Part shown: positions 32,401-37,917 of the stretch, one piece after another
Numbering within the stretch: position 1 is the first letter of the stretch
How the letters are laid out: each line of letters begins with the position of its first letter
Source: an uncultured Bacilli bacterium
GTDB taxonomy: Bacteria > Bacillota_I > Bacilli_A > ML615J-28 > CAG-313
Assembly: GCA_947591495.1 (NCBI GenBank)
Contig: CANQDG010000002.1
Span: 9,779 to 73,778, forward strand
Length of the DNA stretch: 64,000 nucleotides
Direction of reading: 5' to 3'
Made by a program: the position numbers and the translations under genes
The notes under the pieces: generated by a model
The model's database searches: none
Told to the model about the DNA's origin: nothing
The model's input: only the letters and a program-made list of their open reading frames with translations

Positions 32401-34845
32401 AAAGTTAGCAAATTAGTTGATAAGTTTAAAGCTAATATGGCAGAATTTGGTGTTATTGACCTTTCTTATGAAGGCATTAATGCTAAACCTGAATTTGATG
32501 CTTTAAAAGCTGTTATGTCAAGCGTATCGTCATTTGCTAAGACATATATGAATAAGTTAACATCTGATTTCACGGTTTTAGTTGATCCAACATTCCAAGA
32601 TGATCTTGTAAATGTATTTGAAAAAGTCTTTGCTTCAAGAATGCTTGCTCAACTTGCTCTTCCTCTTATGAGTGGTTCTGTAAGAATCTTAACACAAGAT
32701 ACTGAAACATTACATCTATTAGATAACCTTGACAATGATGAATTCTTAAATATCTTCTTACCAGATTTATTTGACTTATTTGCTGCTGCTGATAAATTAG
32801 ATTTATTGAATAAGAAGGTAAATTACAATGACGCAAGCGCTATCGTTGATGCATTTGATGTATTAGTACATAAAGATTCATTCAAAGATTACGTAAGCGA
32901 AATTGTTAAATTTGCAATGGTATTTGTAGGCATTAATGTTAAAGATGTTGATTTAAGTAAAGTAGATTGGGATAAAGAATATCAAGCAATCGATAAAGCC
33001 TTAAATGGTGCTTTAAAAGAACCTCTAAAAGATGTTAAGGCTTCTGATCGTAAGACATTCTTAAATGAAACATTCTTAAATGCTCTTGCTATAGCAATGC
33101 CAGAATTCAATGACTCAGACTTAATTCCATTACTTTCTCGTCAATTATTAGAATTCATGGCCAATAAAGTTGCTGGCGATAGCTATGATACATATGTTAA
33201 CCGTCTATTTGACCCTGATTATACTGATGAATTATTAGTCGAAGACTATAAGGCATTCCCTGAAATCTTAAAATTAGTAGCTAAAGCAGACTTATTTGCT
33301 GAAGGTGGCTTAACTAATGATAAATATCCTATCATTGGTGATCTACTTGAAAAATTATTAGCACTTAACTTTGCTGAAGGTATTGAACCTAGATTATTAG
33401 AAACTTGCTTCAAACGTACATCTGCTCTTGATTCTTATGATGTTGATTTTGAAACAGTTCTTGACTGGGCTGCTGAAAGAGCTGCTTTCGCAGAAGTATT
33501 ACGTAAATTAGGTGCCTTTGCTTCATTCGAAGATGTTGATGTTAAAGATACTGAAATGCAAGATAATTTTGTTGCTTTAGTTGATGCTATGAGTAAATCA
33601 GAAATTGGCCGTCAATTATTACCACAAATTTATGATCAAAATATCGAACCTAAGATTGGTAATTTAGGTGAAGATTATCAAGGTGTTATTGACTTTAATG
33701 ATCCTGAATTTACGCCTGATGTATGGGCTGATGAATTTAGAGCTTTATTTGATGCATATAATAAATTAGATAAGATGGGCCCTATTGAAGAATTAGATAT
33801 GAAACAAAAACAAACACAAGATGATTTTGTTGGTTTAGTTGGTATCGTTGAAAAATCAATAATTGGTCGCAAATTATTTAAGAAAATTTGGGCATCTCAA
33901 ATTGCAACTAAATTAGGTGAAGATTATGCTGATATCATTGATTTAGAACAAGAAGTTTGGTCTAATCAATTTACTGATATGTTTGAAGTTTACACAGCAT
34001 TCACTAAATTTGCTTCATTAGATGATATTGATATGTCATCTCAAGAAGATCAAAATACATTCTTAGATGCTGTTGAAGTTGCTGCTAAGACCGAAGTTGG
34101 TCAAAAGTTCTTCAAGAAGATTTATGGTTTACATATCAAACCTGCTCTAAGTAAGCTTGGTGAAGATTATGCTGAAATCATTAATGTTGAAACATTAGCT
34201 CCTGAGATGTGGAAAGATGAATTTGCTAAGTTATTTAATGCTTACAATAAATTCTCACAAGAAGCAGCCTCATTAACTATTGATGATTCAATTGAATTAA
34301 TGAATATCTTATTCGGTACTGATATGGATCATAAAGATGATGGTATCAAAGAAGTTGTTGCACATCCTGACAAATGGGTTAAAAAAGTTCTTGATCCTGA
34401 AAAATCATACTTTACATTACCTGATCATGCTAAACTTGATAATGAAACAGAACGTGATTGGTTAGCTGAAGCTTATGCTTTAAAAGCTGTTCTAGAAGCT
34501 ATGAAGGCATTCGCTGATGAATCACCTGAATATGGTGGCAAATTCAATTATGATGTTGCATATAAATCAACTGATAGCACTAAGATTAAAGCTTTATTCT
34601 TAGCTGTATCTAAATGTAAAGCTGTTCGTGGTAGTATGGTTGAAATGATTTTTGATGCTACTGCTGATGTTCCTGGTATGCAAGAACAATTAGAAACATT
34701 AGGTGTTATTGATGAAACATTAAAAGGCGAAAAAACTGCTTATGAAAGCGATCCAACTCATTTCAATGAAGCATATTGGACAGAAGATAGAATCACTAAC
34801 TTAGCAGAAGGTATTGCTAGAGCTAACGAAGAATTAAATGCATAG
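22708..34845 (+). CDS. giant (4,045 aa) membrane-anchored, acid-rich helical-repeat protein of unknown function
   Basis: Single uninterrupted ORF of 12,138 nt with its own promoter, RBS and terminator. It has N-terminal TM helices with CvpA-like motifs and then about 3,800 aa of D/E/L/V/K-rich sequence made of diverged repeating modules. I recognise no enzymatic motif, LPXTG, S-layer or known adhesin domain. Confidence 0.9.
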   Translation: MDFNQILLFAGLGLLLIVVLFALWGFLGGLKRELSCIAVFIVLLVLAWLVFGDSATLLNAKVGQQVAGMLDLHDSSITTLWDAVLAFAKANIPNGEALLVEGKETYTLFYGIASTVCHAVGLIVGTLAILIICPIIRLITHFIGLIIRAVKKSKAKKNPPVESTEEVEKEKEMVVVSRIDEAEEAVFVKDANEIPEKPKGKRRLWGALAGALKGVFVIILVCVPLSGISSIFGKFTPETKALVKDLVNGDAKVNLAESNDNPVDMAFEFADAYDHSALGKFANGSSFFFGESFSEKLFDQLLKLETKNQVIYLSDEIEVFIEAVNNLEGNLDFEKMSRNQYRNFLETLKQAKLPAELMPVAIEYAYEVESINKILKETGVEANFLELRYNNWKHDIDLVLSALQEAYDLDLFPIKDLNYLKLDTEELRDVVSCLGQTEFMKDGYPLAVKILLNLQDVKKQIGTVTIEKLDDLDVASDLDALVSIYDVFKKFGIETFEGFDFDAFIKDVLKDDVKIDLVFDIAHRVLDLQIARKVAVPVAFGFAKNNEKFQEILAKAKVEEDFVALEKIVTLDDLATYLDAVKVALDLVDLSEYPTIKYDYFHLDADLMDDIIDRLFASKATDPVLKVASKIALSLDVVTNNLGDALKDVDLSSVDWKTELKTFVSIYREFLKLGFESLDDFKGDKIDLVQGLIEDETKYNAISNMLSLLVDAQLYTKLAVPTMQYFLDKYLDEHYVAFNQIFDLGDITKDEWKQDFQTLLESAKLVNELKVLDNINPFDYKALDIASDSGIAKIKQLIQNIFELNILGDDQLKTALLVASIKQFNWVGLDEEYLEDSTKWNIRWTNEEEVLLQLVDIYSSVVKLDEFDIFDLQSTDWVALLESDEFLDYVVSALETVVDSDIVLELLPNLLDKYLLPRLEAIESVDDETLFKDIFEKLPSDELVNEIIKLIDVVKNAVKINLIGHKANEIDFSNVDALKAIVSGIFDSKLIQGFEGRIIRILLKVTKLLELDPESSVYQELVEIDYSGEKEALLNFLDAIAPVLQDPDFKILNDEGKLNLTLKFWSENEKAQSLLNGLKALLGSYPDNDETSSKLIEVLLPAIYGQYVDGKDIIPSDYKELIDELDIANATGEQLTSALRRLIFVAEELVKIDAQSLLDGGDMEIASEKAIDSFKGILDALHDIELFRGHEAKVLAWGVNFVAKQLKINVDPITDEFDNVDWLGQNEVYKDILDDLGLFLRNNDIITLNQLKDFIKDKKYNTSEFITKENMNDLLDIVDKVVDVQVIDAVMPLVVKYGVQLLNDRNVINLDYVKDFTNEEINHDVHSIVAIAHKLVDELDIVSYYNAKFDGDMPLPNVEVVQSLVDDIFELNIITKAEGRLGNAIFDMVASRTNVDETLSLTAEDFKFASIDWSEEKEVFKDLIAKAYDFLEVNNITTMTNLQRFFKEKWYTEPAILRDETGYVASDVLRVLQNSQLVENVIVKLYQYGIDYVSNNKSFKLPFDISYMREMEAAELLADLGVVADIADKAVKFGIMSYLADGDIHNIDITILADAVEEDLTRLNILAHYGQRLIGDAANYGLNYLESVTHGDFVLSQENINEIDYKHELVVLADTIRSAQAFLDAKNIRFFSDIFDFVDDVRVNNPLKNKAFFDRETYDALVDIASAASNLQLLELLGPQLLNHAIRYAEQVKVDLSFLDTEEYTGAFFVEDIRVVLEMADYGYDFGLIDLAFDKTLYTLEFEALCNMLDSVPELHLAQLYYADLVALGVNNGLKAVKIEKSVDRSLFAEIDLNTEIKELKEVLMAIKPLLAEKEVVTLTNLIDLVKAQYPANTYKMAAFYDIATGELLEKVVYEAADLQTLAVLLPKALNYGVDRLTQVNLSFLKDSFTSEELASDLKVVSGLIVPAIKAELVGLAFGAKVNDLPLHFDVYNEMLDVVKDLNILQAKYGEFVSMGTNSVLKALKSTQEVTADLFSDVVLADEAEALKNVINRVATLAEELDAKTVYDVRYIITDLIQNKQYKEEKYTNRTTVTELLDIVDAALDVQTVQLLLTPTITTHLSEFASLHGVDLAFLFRYATREALVEDLDSIVVTLRDLVDYGMLEFALRDGSIDVTDITPIKDAIDRLAHLHILENNHADVVFLVLDKLGIDKTGVDLSNIDLDQEVASVQDILEQAKEILLMEDVDQYAEIKGIDFNKYLKLDSKTNEYIDVFAPLLKALAKDQLVERLGLAVSRKYLANFASKYEGLADIYNIYTDGKQLTSDLSDLADILLEIRAIDLVSSIASDNPYPYDKVENISKIIKLLLSLNYFNIDENRADDFIKALDPHVKADLSSVDAKGVDLRSDADIFAAMYEDLANILTHESFPIKSKNDLNPVKFNNNLLKSSLVYESAVDALLKFMDTTVYNKTAAGLIMLTFPLVEKYAPEYYSALDLAVLTKETITEDLPLLKDILLKVDAMDLGKLAEEKSVFTAEVEDLINTVIDSIAKSQILANHGNAVFEVTMDKFVNGKTLGNIVIPTGAIVADGVDFVEDKDLYKRLVSKIIGLLNRQDVYTIQELKDYVNAFKANAKAELLSFVSLEENDTDVADILKILTDITIVEVNGLSIMNNIVHPALPSALGKVIDFTMFTKDEFASDLKAAALMVSQFNQFGLASIARNENINYNQAKLVQAMLENIVSTNYVKYNLDSLIDYVDGFNLPIKFEALKADEFDYKHDANVLAQVYEQMIPFLTSNHNPLKTRRDIKDLISNNFKLDTDLKQVMKEFKNDLLDAYDELVQMTAIPLLLNELANYGKALTPTNYKHLFDLLAIDELTYAEKADDVMQTARILRLVVDLELYKVVTTKDYNFAGDILSTLYGKEESKVTLITNLVDEVYALNVLRNRSDLMLELLNALETDTTEVDLSDVDWDNEVTQLKVVIANGLELLLEYDIQTIQNAKDYARDLLNLRSANAILDELKAINNKVNVSLGVEIFEAIDESKAFDQIFKPLYNKYVFTKLPAKFVEVGDLSEYKPSDLAEDIHSLAIAARALLNIKDLEGTVKDNRDSAECISQAQAIIKALFSLNYLDLKKQALVDVAADINASFKLDTLDVTGVNFKADGEIIAEYAEQILMILTETNILRAIRFDQFGDTYLMSDVVELYNGLVETTLFDAVSVWAFRAHVEPRIEDIEQLKKYSFTDEKIHLIGVKFGETLDAMLDMGFFSNYGVDFTNKENTDRLFVLLTDVFEPSDKVSKLVDKFKANMAEFGVIDLSYEGINAKPEFDALKAVMSSVSSFAKTYMNKLTSDFTVLVDPTFQDDLVNVFEKVFASRMLAQLALPLMSGSVRILTQDTETLHLLDNLDNDEFLNIFLPDLFDLFAAADKLDLLNKKVNYNDASAIVDAFDVLVHKDSFKDYVSEIVKFAMVFVGINVKDVDLSKVDWDKEYQAIDKALNGALKEPLKDVKASDRKTFLNETFLNALAIAMPEFNDSDLIPLLSRQLLEFMANKVAGDSYDTYVNRLFDPDYTDELLVEDYKAFPEILKLVAKADLFAEGGLTNDKYPIIGDLLEKLLALNFAEGIEPRLLETCFKRTSALDSYDVDFETVLDWAAERAAFAEVLRKLGAFASFEDVDVKDTEMQDNFVALVDAMSKSEIGRQLLPQIYDQNIEPKIGNLGEDYQGVIDFNDPEFTPDVWADEFRALFDAYNKLDKMGPIEELDMKQKQTQDDFVGLVGIVEKSIIGRKLFKKIWASQIATKLGEDYADIIDLEQEVWSNQFTDMFEVYTAFTKFASLDDIDMSSQEDQNTFLDAVEVAAKTEVGQKFFKKIYGLHIKPALSKLGEDYAEIINVETLAPEMWKDEFAKLFNAYNKFSQEAASLTIDDSIELMNILFGTDMDHKDDGIKEVVAHPDKWVKKVLDPEKSYFTLPDHAKLDNETERDWLAEAYALKAVLEAMKAFADESPEYGGKFNYDVAYKSTDSTKIKALFLAVSKCKAVRGSMVEMIFDATADVPGMQEQLETLGVIDETLKGEKTAYESDPTHFNEAYWTEDRITNLAEGIARANEELNA
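33547..34275 (+). repeat. three tandem coding repeats of about 78-83 aa near the C-terminus of the giant protein
   Basis: Units start at 33547, 33796 and 34030 (D-x-x-M/Q...Q-D/N-x-F). Each contains (E/T)(I/V)G(R/Q)(K/Q)(L/F)..(K/Q)I(Y/W) and then LGEDY..(I/V)I(D/N)...W..(E/Q)F...F..Y(N/T)(K/A)(L/F). The LGEDY codons recur at 33664, 33913 and 34156. Confidence 0.85.
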
Positions 34846-34856
34846 CATAAACATTA

Positions 34857-34886
34857 AAGGGTAAGGGTTTATCCCCTTATCCTTTT
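34857..34886 (+). terminator. rho-independent terminator of the giant gene
   Basis: aagggtaaggg (34857-34867) pairs with cccttatcctt (34874-34884, one G:T pair) around a 6-nt loop, followed by TTTT. Confidence 0.7.
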
Positions 34887-34898
34887 GTTAAAAAAAAT

Positions 34899-34930
34899 TA
34901 AAGTCCAGCAATCTAATTTGCTAGACTTTA
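34899..34930 (-). terminator. hairpin terminator downstream of the exonuclease gene
   Basis: aaagtccagcaa (34900-34911) pairs with ttgctagacttt (34918-34929) with one mismatch. An A run on the plus strand gives a T run on the minus strand. Confidence 0.55.
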
Positions 34931-34936
34931 GTCTTT

Positions 34937-35611
34937 TTATTTTAAATAAAGTTTTTGATGATAACCATATGGCTGTGGAACATATTTTACATTTTTTATT
35001 TTAAAAAAGTTTTGACCAAATTTAGGATTATAACCAAAAAGATTAATATATTGATATATATCATCTAAATTATTAACCATCTTATCCAAAATTAAATATG
35101 TCGCAAAAGCATCATCAAGTGCTCGATGGGAATTAATGCCATCGGTAATATGAAAATAATTAATAGCATCAGATAATTTATGAGGATAGTCATATTTAAG
35201 ATCTTTAAAAATGGTCATAATATCTAAATAAGAAAATTTATTTGTAATAGATGTAAGATGATGTTTGGTTAAAAAATTAAATAAAAATCCCAAATCAAAA
35301 TTAACATTATAACCAACTAATAAGATATGTTCAAAATTAAATAATTTAACAAGATCATTGGCAAATTGTTCTTTAGTAATTCCTTCGTTTAAAAGCATTG
35401 CATTGGTTATATGTGTAAGACTAGTAATTTGTGGGGTAATCATTTTGGATGAAGTAATGAGATTTTGATATTTATCAATTTGCTTGGCCGTTATAATAAT
35501 AGCACCAAAATCGATGATTTCATCTTGAAAACAATTAAGACCAGTTGTTTCTACATCAAAAACAATAATAGCATCATATTTATTAAAATAGTTTAGATAT
35601 GCTTGATTCAT
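34937..35611 (-). CDS. DEDDh 3'-5' exonuclease (DnaQ/epsilon-like)
   Basis: 224 aa. Exo I IVFDVETTGL, Exo II VGYNVNFDLGFL and Exo III HRALDDA. Confidence 0.8.
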   Translation of the reverse strand: MNQAYLNYFNKYDAIIVFDVETTGLNCFQDEIIDFGAIIITAKQIDKYQNLITSSKMITPQITSLTHITNAMLLNEGITKEQFANDLVKLFNFEHILLVGYNVNFDLGFLFNFLTKHHLTSITNKFSYLDIMTIFKDLKYDYPHKLSDAINYFHITDGINSHRALDDAFATYLILDKMVNNLDDIYQYINLFGYNPKFGQNFFKIKNVKYVPQPYGYHQKLYLK

Positions 35612-35719
35612 AAAGACAAGACCTCCTAATAATTATTATAATAATTTTATTCTATTTGTCAAAATATGTAGCACGTATTAATGGTATAATTTAATAATTT
35701 GATAATGTGATTAAATAAA

Positions 35720-35748
35720 TTGACTTTTATTTATTTTTTTGGTATAAT
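35720..35748 (+). promoter_or_regulatory. near-consensus promoter of rpmE
   Basis: TTGACT (35720-35725), a 17-nt spacer, then TATAAT (35743-35748). Confidence 0.65.
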
Positions 35749-35764
35749 ATAGAAGGTTAACTTA

Positions 35765-35791
35765 CTATGATTTAACGTTACCAAATCATGG
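35765..35791 (+). promoter_or_regulatory. leader hairpin abutting the rpmE Shine-Dalgarno (candidate L31 autoregulatory leader)
   Basis: ctatgattt (35765-35773) pairs with aaatcatgg (35783-35791) around a 9-nt loop. It ends 3 nt before GGAAGGAG. Confidence 0.3.
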
Positions 35792-35809
35792 CGGAAGGAG
35801 ATAAAAAAT

Positions 35810-36028
35810 ATGCGTGAAGGAATTCATCCTAAATATTATAAAGCAACAGTAACTTGTGTATCTTGTGGTAATACATTTGAAACAGGTTCAACAAAGAGTG
35901 AAATCAGAGTTGATACTTGCTCAAAATGTCATCCATTCTATACAGGAGAACAAAAGTTCGTTCAAGCAGCAGGACGTATCGATCGTTTTAACAAACGTGC
36001 AAGCCTTGCTAAAAACAAACAAAAATAG
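35810..36028 (+). CDS. rpmE: 50S ribosomal protein L31 (zinc-binding type A)
   Basis: 72 aa. [10 protein letters not shown]...CVSCGN...[10 protein letters not shown] has both CxxC pairs intact. Confidence 0.95.
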   Translation: MREGIHPKYYKATVTCVSCGNTFETGSTKSEIRVDTCSKCHPFYTGEQKFVQAAGRIDRFNKRASLAKNKQK

Positions 36029-36068
36029 AAAAGTATATATGTATATATCTTACATATATACTTTTTTT
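36029..36068 (+). terminator. rho-independent terminator of rpmE
   Basis: Perfect 15-bp stem aaaagtatatatgta (36029-36043) / tacatatatactttt (36051-36065) with a 7-nt loop, followed by a T run. Confidence 0.8.
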
Positions 36069-36135
36069 CTTCTCTAGCAATAAATTATCTTTTTATAAGA
36101 TCTTATGGTATAATAAAATAAAGGAAGAATAATCT

Positions 36136-37917
36136 ATGCTTATAACATTTAATAATGTCGAACTCAAATATCTCGATAAAGAAATCTTTAATAATGCTTC
36201 ATTTACAATCAATGAAACTGATAAAGTTGGTTTAATTGGTCCAAATGGTAGTGGTAAAACCTCAATGCTACAAGCCATTATGAAAATGATACCTTTAAGT
36301 AAAGGCGAAATCTTTCAAAAAAGTGGCCTTACAATATCATACTTGCCACAAGAACCATCTTTAAATTTAACTAGTAACATTTTACAAGAAGTAATAACCC
36401 AAACCAAAAGCGAAAAAGAATATGAAGCAAAAGCTATTTTATCAAAGCTAGGATTAAACGATTATGAACAAATAGTGGCTAATCTGTCGGGTGGTGAAAA
36501 GCGAAGATTATCGCTAGCAATTGCCTTAATTAAACCATGTGAATTACTTATTTTAGATGAACCAACTAATCATTTAGATATATGGATGATTAATTGGCTA
36601 GAACAATTTCTTATTAAGTGGAATAAAGCTTTATTATTAGTTACCCATGACCGTTATTTTTTAGAAAGAATAACTAATAAAACTTTAGAAATTGAAGCAG
36701 GAAATGTATATTTTTATAATGCTAATTATTCAAAATATTTACTCTTAAAAGAAGAGCGTATGCAAAGCCTTCTAGCTAGCAATCGCAAATTAAAAGCCAT
36801 TCTTAAAAAAGAAGCCATTTGGGCTAGTCTTAATCCCCAAGCTCGTTCAACAAAATCGAAAGAACGAATGATGCGCTTTAATGAATTAGAAGAAAAACTA
36901 TCTAAACAAAATGCTACAATTAGCGAAATAAACCGCGAAATGGCCTTTTCTTCGCAGTTTTCAAGATTAGGTGGGAAAACTATCATCATTGAAAATATTT
37001 CCAAAACCATTAATGGCAAAAAACTGTTTACTAACTTTTCCTATAATTTACATAAACTTGATCGTTTAGGAATTGTTGGTCAAAATGGTAGTGGTAAAAC
37101 AACTCTTTTTAAAACAATTATCGGTCAGATTAAACCAGATACGGGCGTTGTTATCATTGGCGAAACTGTTAAAATAGGTTATCTTAAACAAGAAGAACCT
37201 ATTTTAAATAGCAAAATAACCGTTCTTAATTATTTAAAACAATTTGGTGAAGAAATTAAAACCTTAGATGGAACCATTAGTGCCGCTAGTCTTTTAGAAG
37301 ATTTCTTAATTCCTCGCTCTAAACAATACTTACCTCTTTCAATGCTATCAGGAGGTGAAAAGCGTAGATTACAAATACTAAGTGTTTTAATTCAAAACCC
37401 CAATGTTTTACTTCTTGATGAACCAACTAATGATTTAGATATATATACTTTAGAACTTCTTGAAAATTATTTAGAAAACTTTTCGGGTGCATTGATTGTT
37501 ATTTCTCATGATCGTTATTTTCTTGATAAAGTTGTTCATCACAGTTTTATATATCATGATAGTATATTAGAAGAATATACAGGCCTAATTAGTAGTTATA
37601 TAACTACAAGCTTAACCAAAAAACCAACATCTATAACTAAAAACTCTAAGCCTGTTTTAAATATTCCTCGTTTTACATCAGCCGAAAAGAAAGAATTTGA
37701 CCAAATTGAAAATAAAATAACTGCCCTTGAAAAAGAAATAAAAGCATTACAAGATGAAACATTTTTATATGGCACGGATTATCAAAAATTATTAGAACTA
37801 GATCAAATCATTAAAGAGAAAAAGCAACTATTAGATCAGATGTATGAAAGATATGAATATTTAAATAATATAAATGACCAAATTGAAAAATACAAAAAGG
37901 AGAAATATCATGGATAA
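36136..37917 (+). CDS. ABC-F family ATPase (translation-factor type, two ABC cassettes plus a C-terminal coiled coil)
   Basis: 593 aa. Two Walker A sites (GPNGSGKTS, GQNGSGKTT), two LSGGEKRRL signatures, no TM domain and a lysine/glutamate-rich helical tail. Confidence 0.88.
   Translation: MLITFNNVELKYLDKEIFNNASFTINETDKVGLIGPNGSGKTSMLQAIMKMIPLSKGEIFQKSGLTISYLPQEPSLNLTSNILQEVITQTKSEKEYEAKAILSKLGLNDYEQIVANLSGGEKRRLSLAIALIKPCELLILDEPTNHLDIWMINWLEQFLIKWNKALLLVTHDRYFLERITNKTLEIEAGNVYFYNANYSKYLLLKEERMQSLLASNRKLKAILKKEAIWASLNPQARSTKSKERMMRFNELEEKLSKQNATISEINREMAFSSQFSRLGGKTIIIENISKTINGKKLFTNFSYNLHKLDRLGIVGQNGSGKTTLFKTIIGQIKPDTGVVIIGETVKIGYLKQEEPILNSKITVLNYLKQFGEEIKTLDGTISAASLLEDFLIPRSKQYLPLSMLSGGEKRRLQILSVLIQNPNVLLLDEPTNDLDIYTLELLENYLENFSGALIVISHDRYFLDKVVHHSFIYHDSILEEYTGLISSYITTSLTKKPTSITKNSKPVLNIPRFTSAEKKEFDQIENKITALEKEIKALQDETFLYGTDYQKLLELDQIIKEKKQLLDQMYERYEYLNNINDQIEKYKKEKYHG

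Noticed and set aside
23034-33872. Eight minus-strand ORFs of 64-155 aa inside the giant gene (23034-23501, 24504-24704, 25371-25661, 28500-28823, 29994-30338, 31902-32135, 33678-33872 and others).
   Set aside because: All lie antisense to a long, well-supported CDS. Their translations are S/T/A/L/K-rich shadow sequences, as expected from reading GAT/GAA/GCT/TTA-rich codons backwards. None has an RBS or promoter context.
22708-34845. The giant ORF as an assembly artefact from collapsed or expanded repeats, or as low-complexity junk.
   Set aside because: The modules are diverged at the DNA level, with no long identical stretches that would misassemble. The frame stays open for 12 kb in AT-rich DNA, where random stops are frequent. 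Codon usage is coherent throughout.
35856-36077. A 73-aa ORF in an alternative frame over rpmE.
   Set aside because: It lies almost entirely within the unmistakable L31 coding frame and extends into the rpmE terminator hairpin, so it is a frame artefact.
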